The position numbers and the translations under genes are program-made. Below are positions 30,942 to 31,165 of a stretch of 31,165 nucleotides of DNA, piece after piece (within the stretch, counting starts at the first letter, position 1; each line of letters starts with the position of its first letter). The notes below the pieces were generated by a model. It saw only the letters and a list, made by a program, of their open reading frames with translations, made no database searches and was not told the DNA's origin. Source of the DNA: a virus (Duplodnaviria; Heunggongvirae; Uroviricota; Caudoviricetes); IMG/VR virus record IMGVR_UViG_2541047931_000001; one strand, given 5' to 3'.

Positions 30942-31165
30942 TGGATTTGCCCCTATATTTCCAGACATCTGTTATCACTTAACCCATTACAAGCCCGCTG
31001 CCGCAGATATTCCCGTGGCGAGCGATAACCCAGCGCACTATGCGGATGCCATTCGTTATAATGCTCGAACGCCTCTGCAAGGTTCTTTGCTGCCGTTAAC
31101 CCGTCTGGTTTGGGCATGATACTGATGTAGTCACGCTTTATCGTTTTCACGAAGCTCTCTGCTAT
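30942..31165 (-). mobile_element. IS2 (IS3 family), right terminal inverted repeat and 3' part, continuing beyond the window
   Basis: TGGATTTGCCCCTATATTTCCAGACATCTGTTATCACTTAACCC is recognised as the IS2 right end in reverse orientation; the transposase C-terminus is encoded on the minus strand. Confidence 0.85.
30953..31165 (-). CDS. insD: IS2 transposase OrfB (InsD), C-terminal part, 5'-truncated by the window edge
   Basis: ...[70 protein letters not shown] is the characteristic IS3-family integrase-core C-terminus. The frame is open to the window end. Confidence 0.85.

Overview
The window is the late region of a lambdoid (lambda-like) prophage of an enterobacterial host, all read from sequence and ORF translations with no database search run. 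Left to right: a nin-type region (5'-truncated rusA, a KilA-N-type protein, a DUF968/HNH-like protein), a 127-aa Q antiterminator, an intact nmpC-type porin moron on the opposite strand, a phage-21-type lysis cassette (pinholin, SAR endolysin, nested Rz/Rz1), about 2.4 kb of non-lambda cargo, the cos site, then a collinear lambda-type morphogenesis block (Nu1, A, W, B, C/Nu3, D, E, FI, FII, Z, U, V, G/G-T, H, M, L, K, I, J, lom, stf). The right end carries a short 93-aa ORF, a truncated fibre-like ORF, and an IS2 copy running off the window. The best candidate for an undescribed system is an AT-rich two-gene cassette on the minus strand between the lysis genes and cos: an Arc/Mnt-type ribbon-helix-helix protein followed by an unrecognisable 136-141-aa protein, with a palindrome upstream. 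Other points worth a second look are a 39-bp in-frame tandem duplication in the major tail gene V, a cosN differing from the canonical lambda cohesive end, a remodelled J C-terminus, and an stf with 189-bp tandem repeats and a non-lambda C-terminal domain. Lambda comparisons rest on recalled reference sequence and coordinates and need alignment to confirm.
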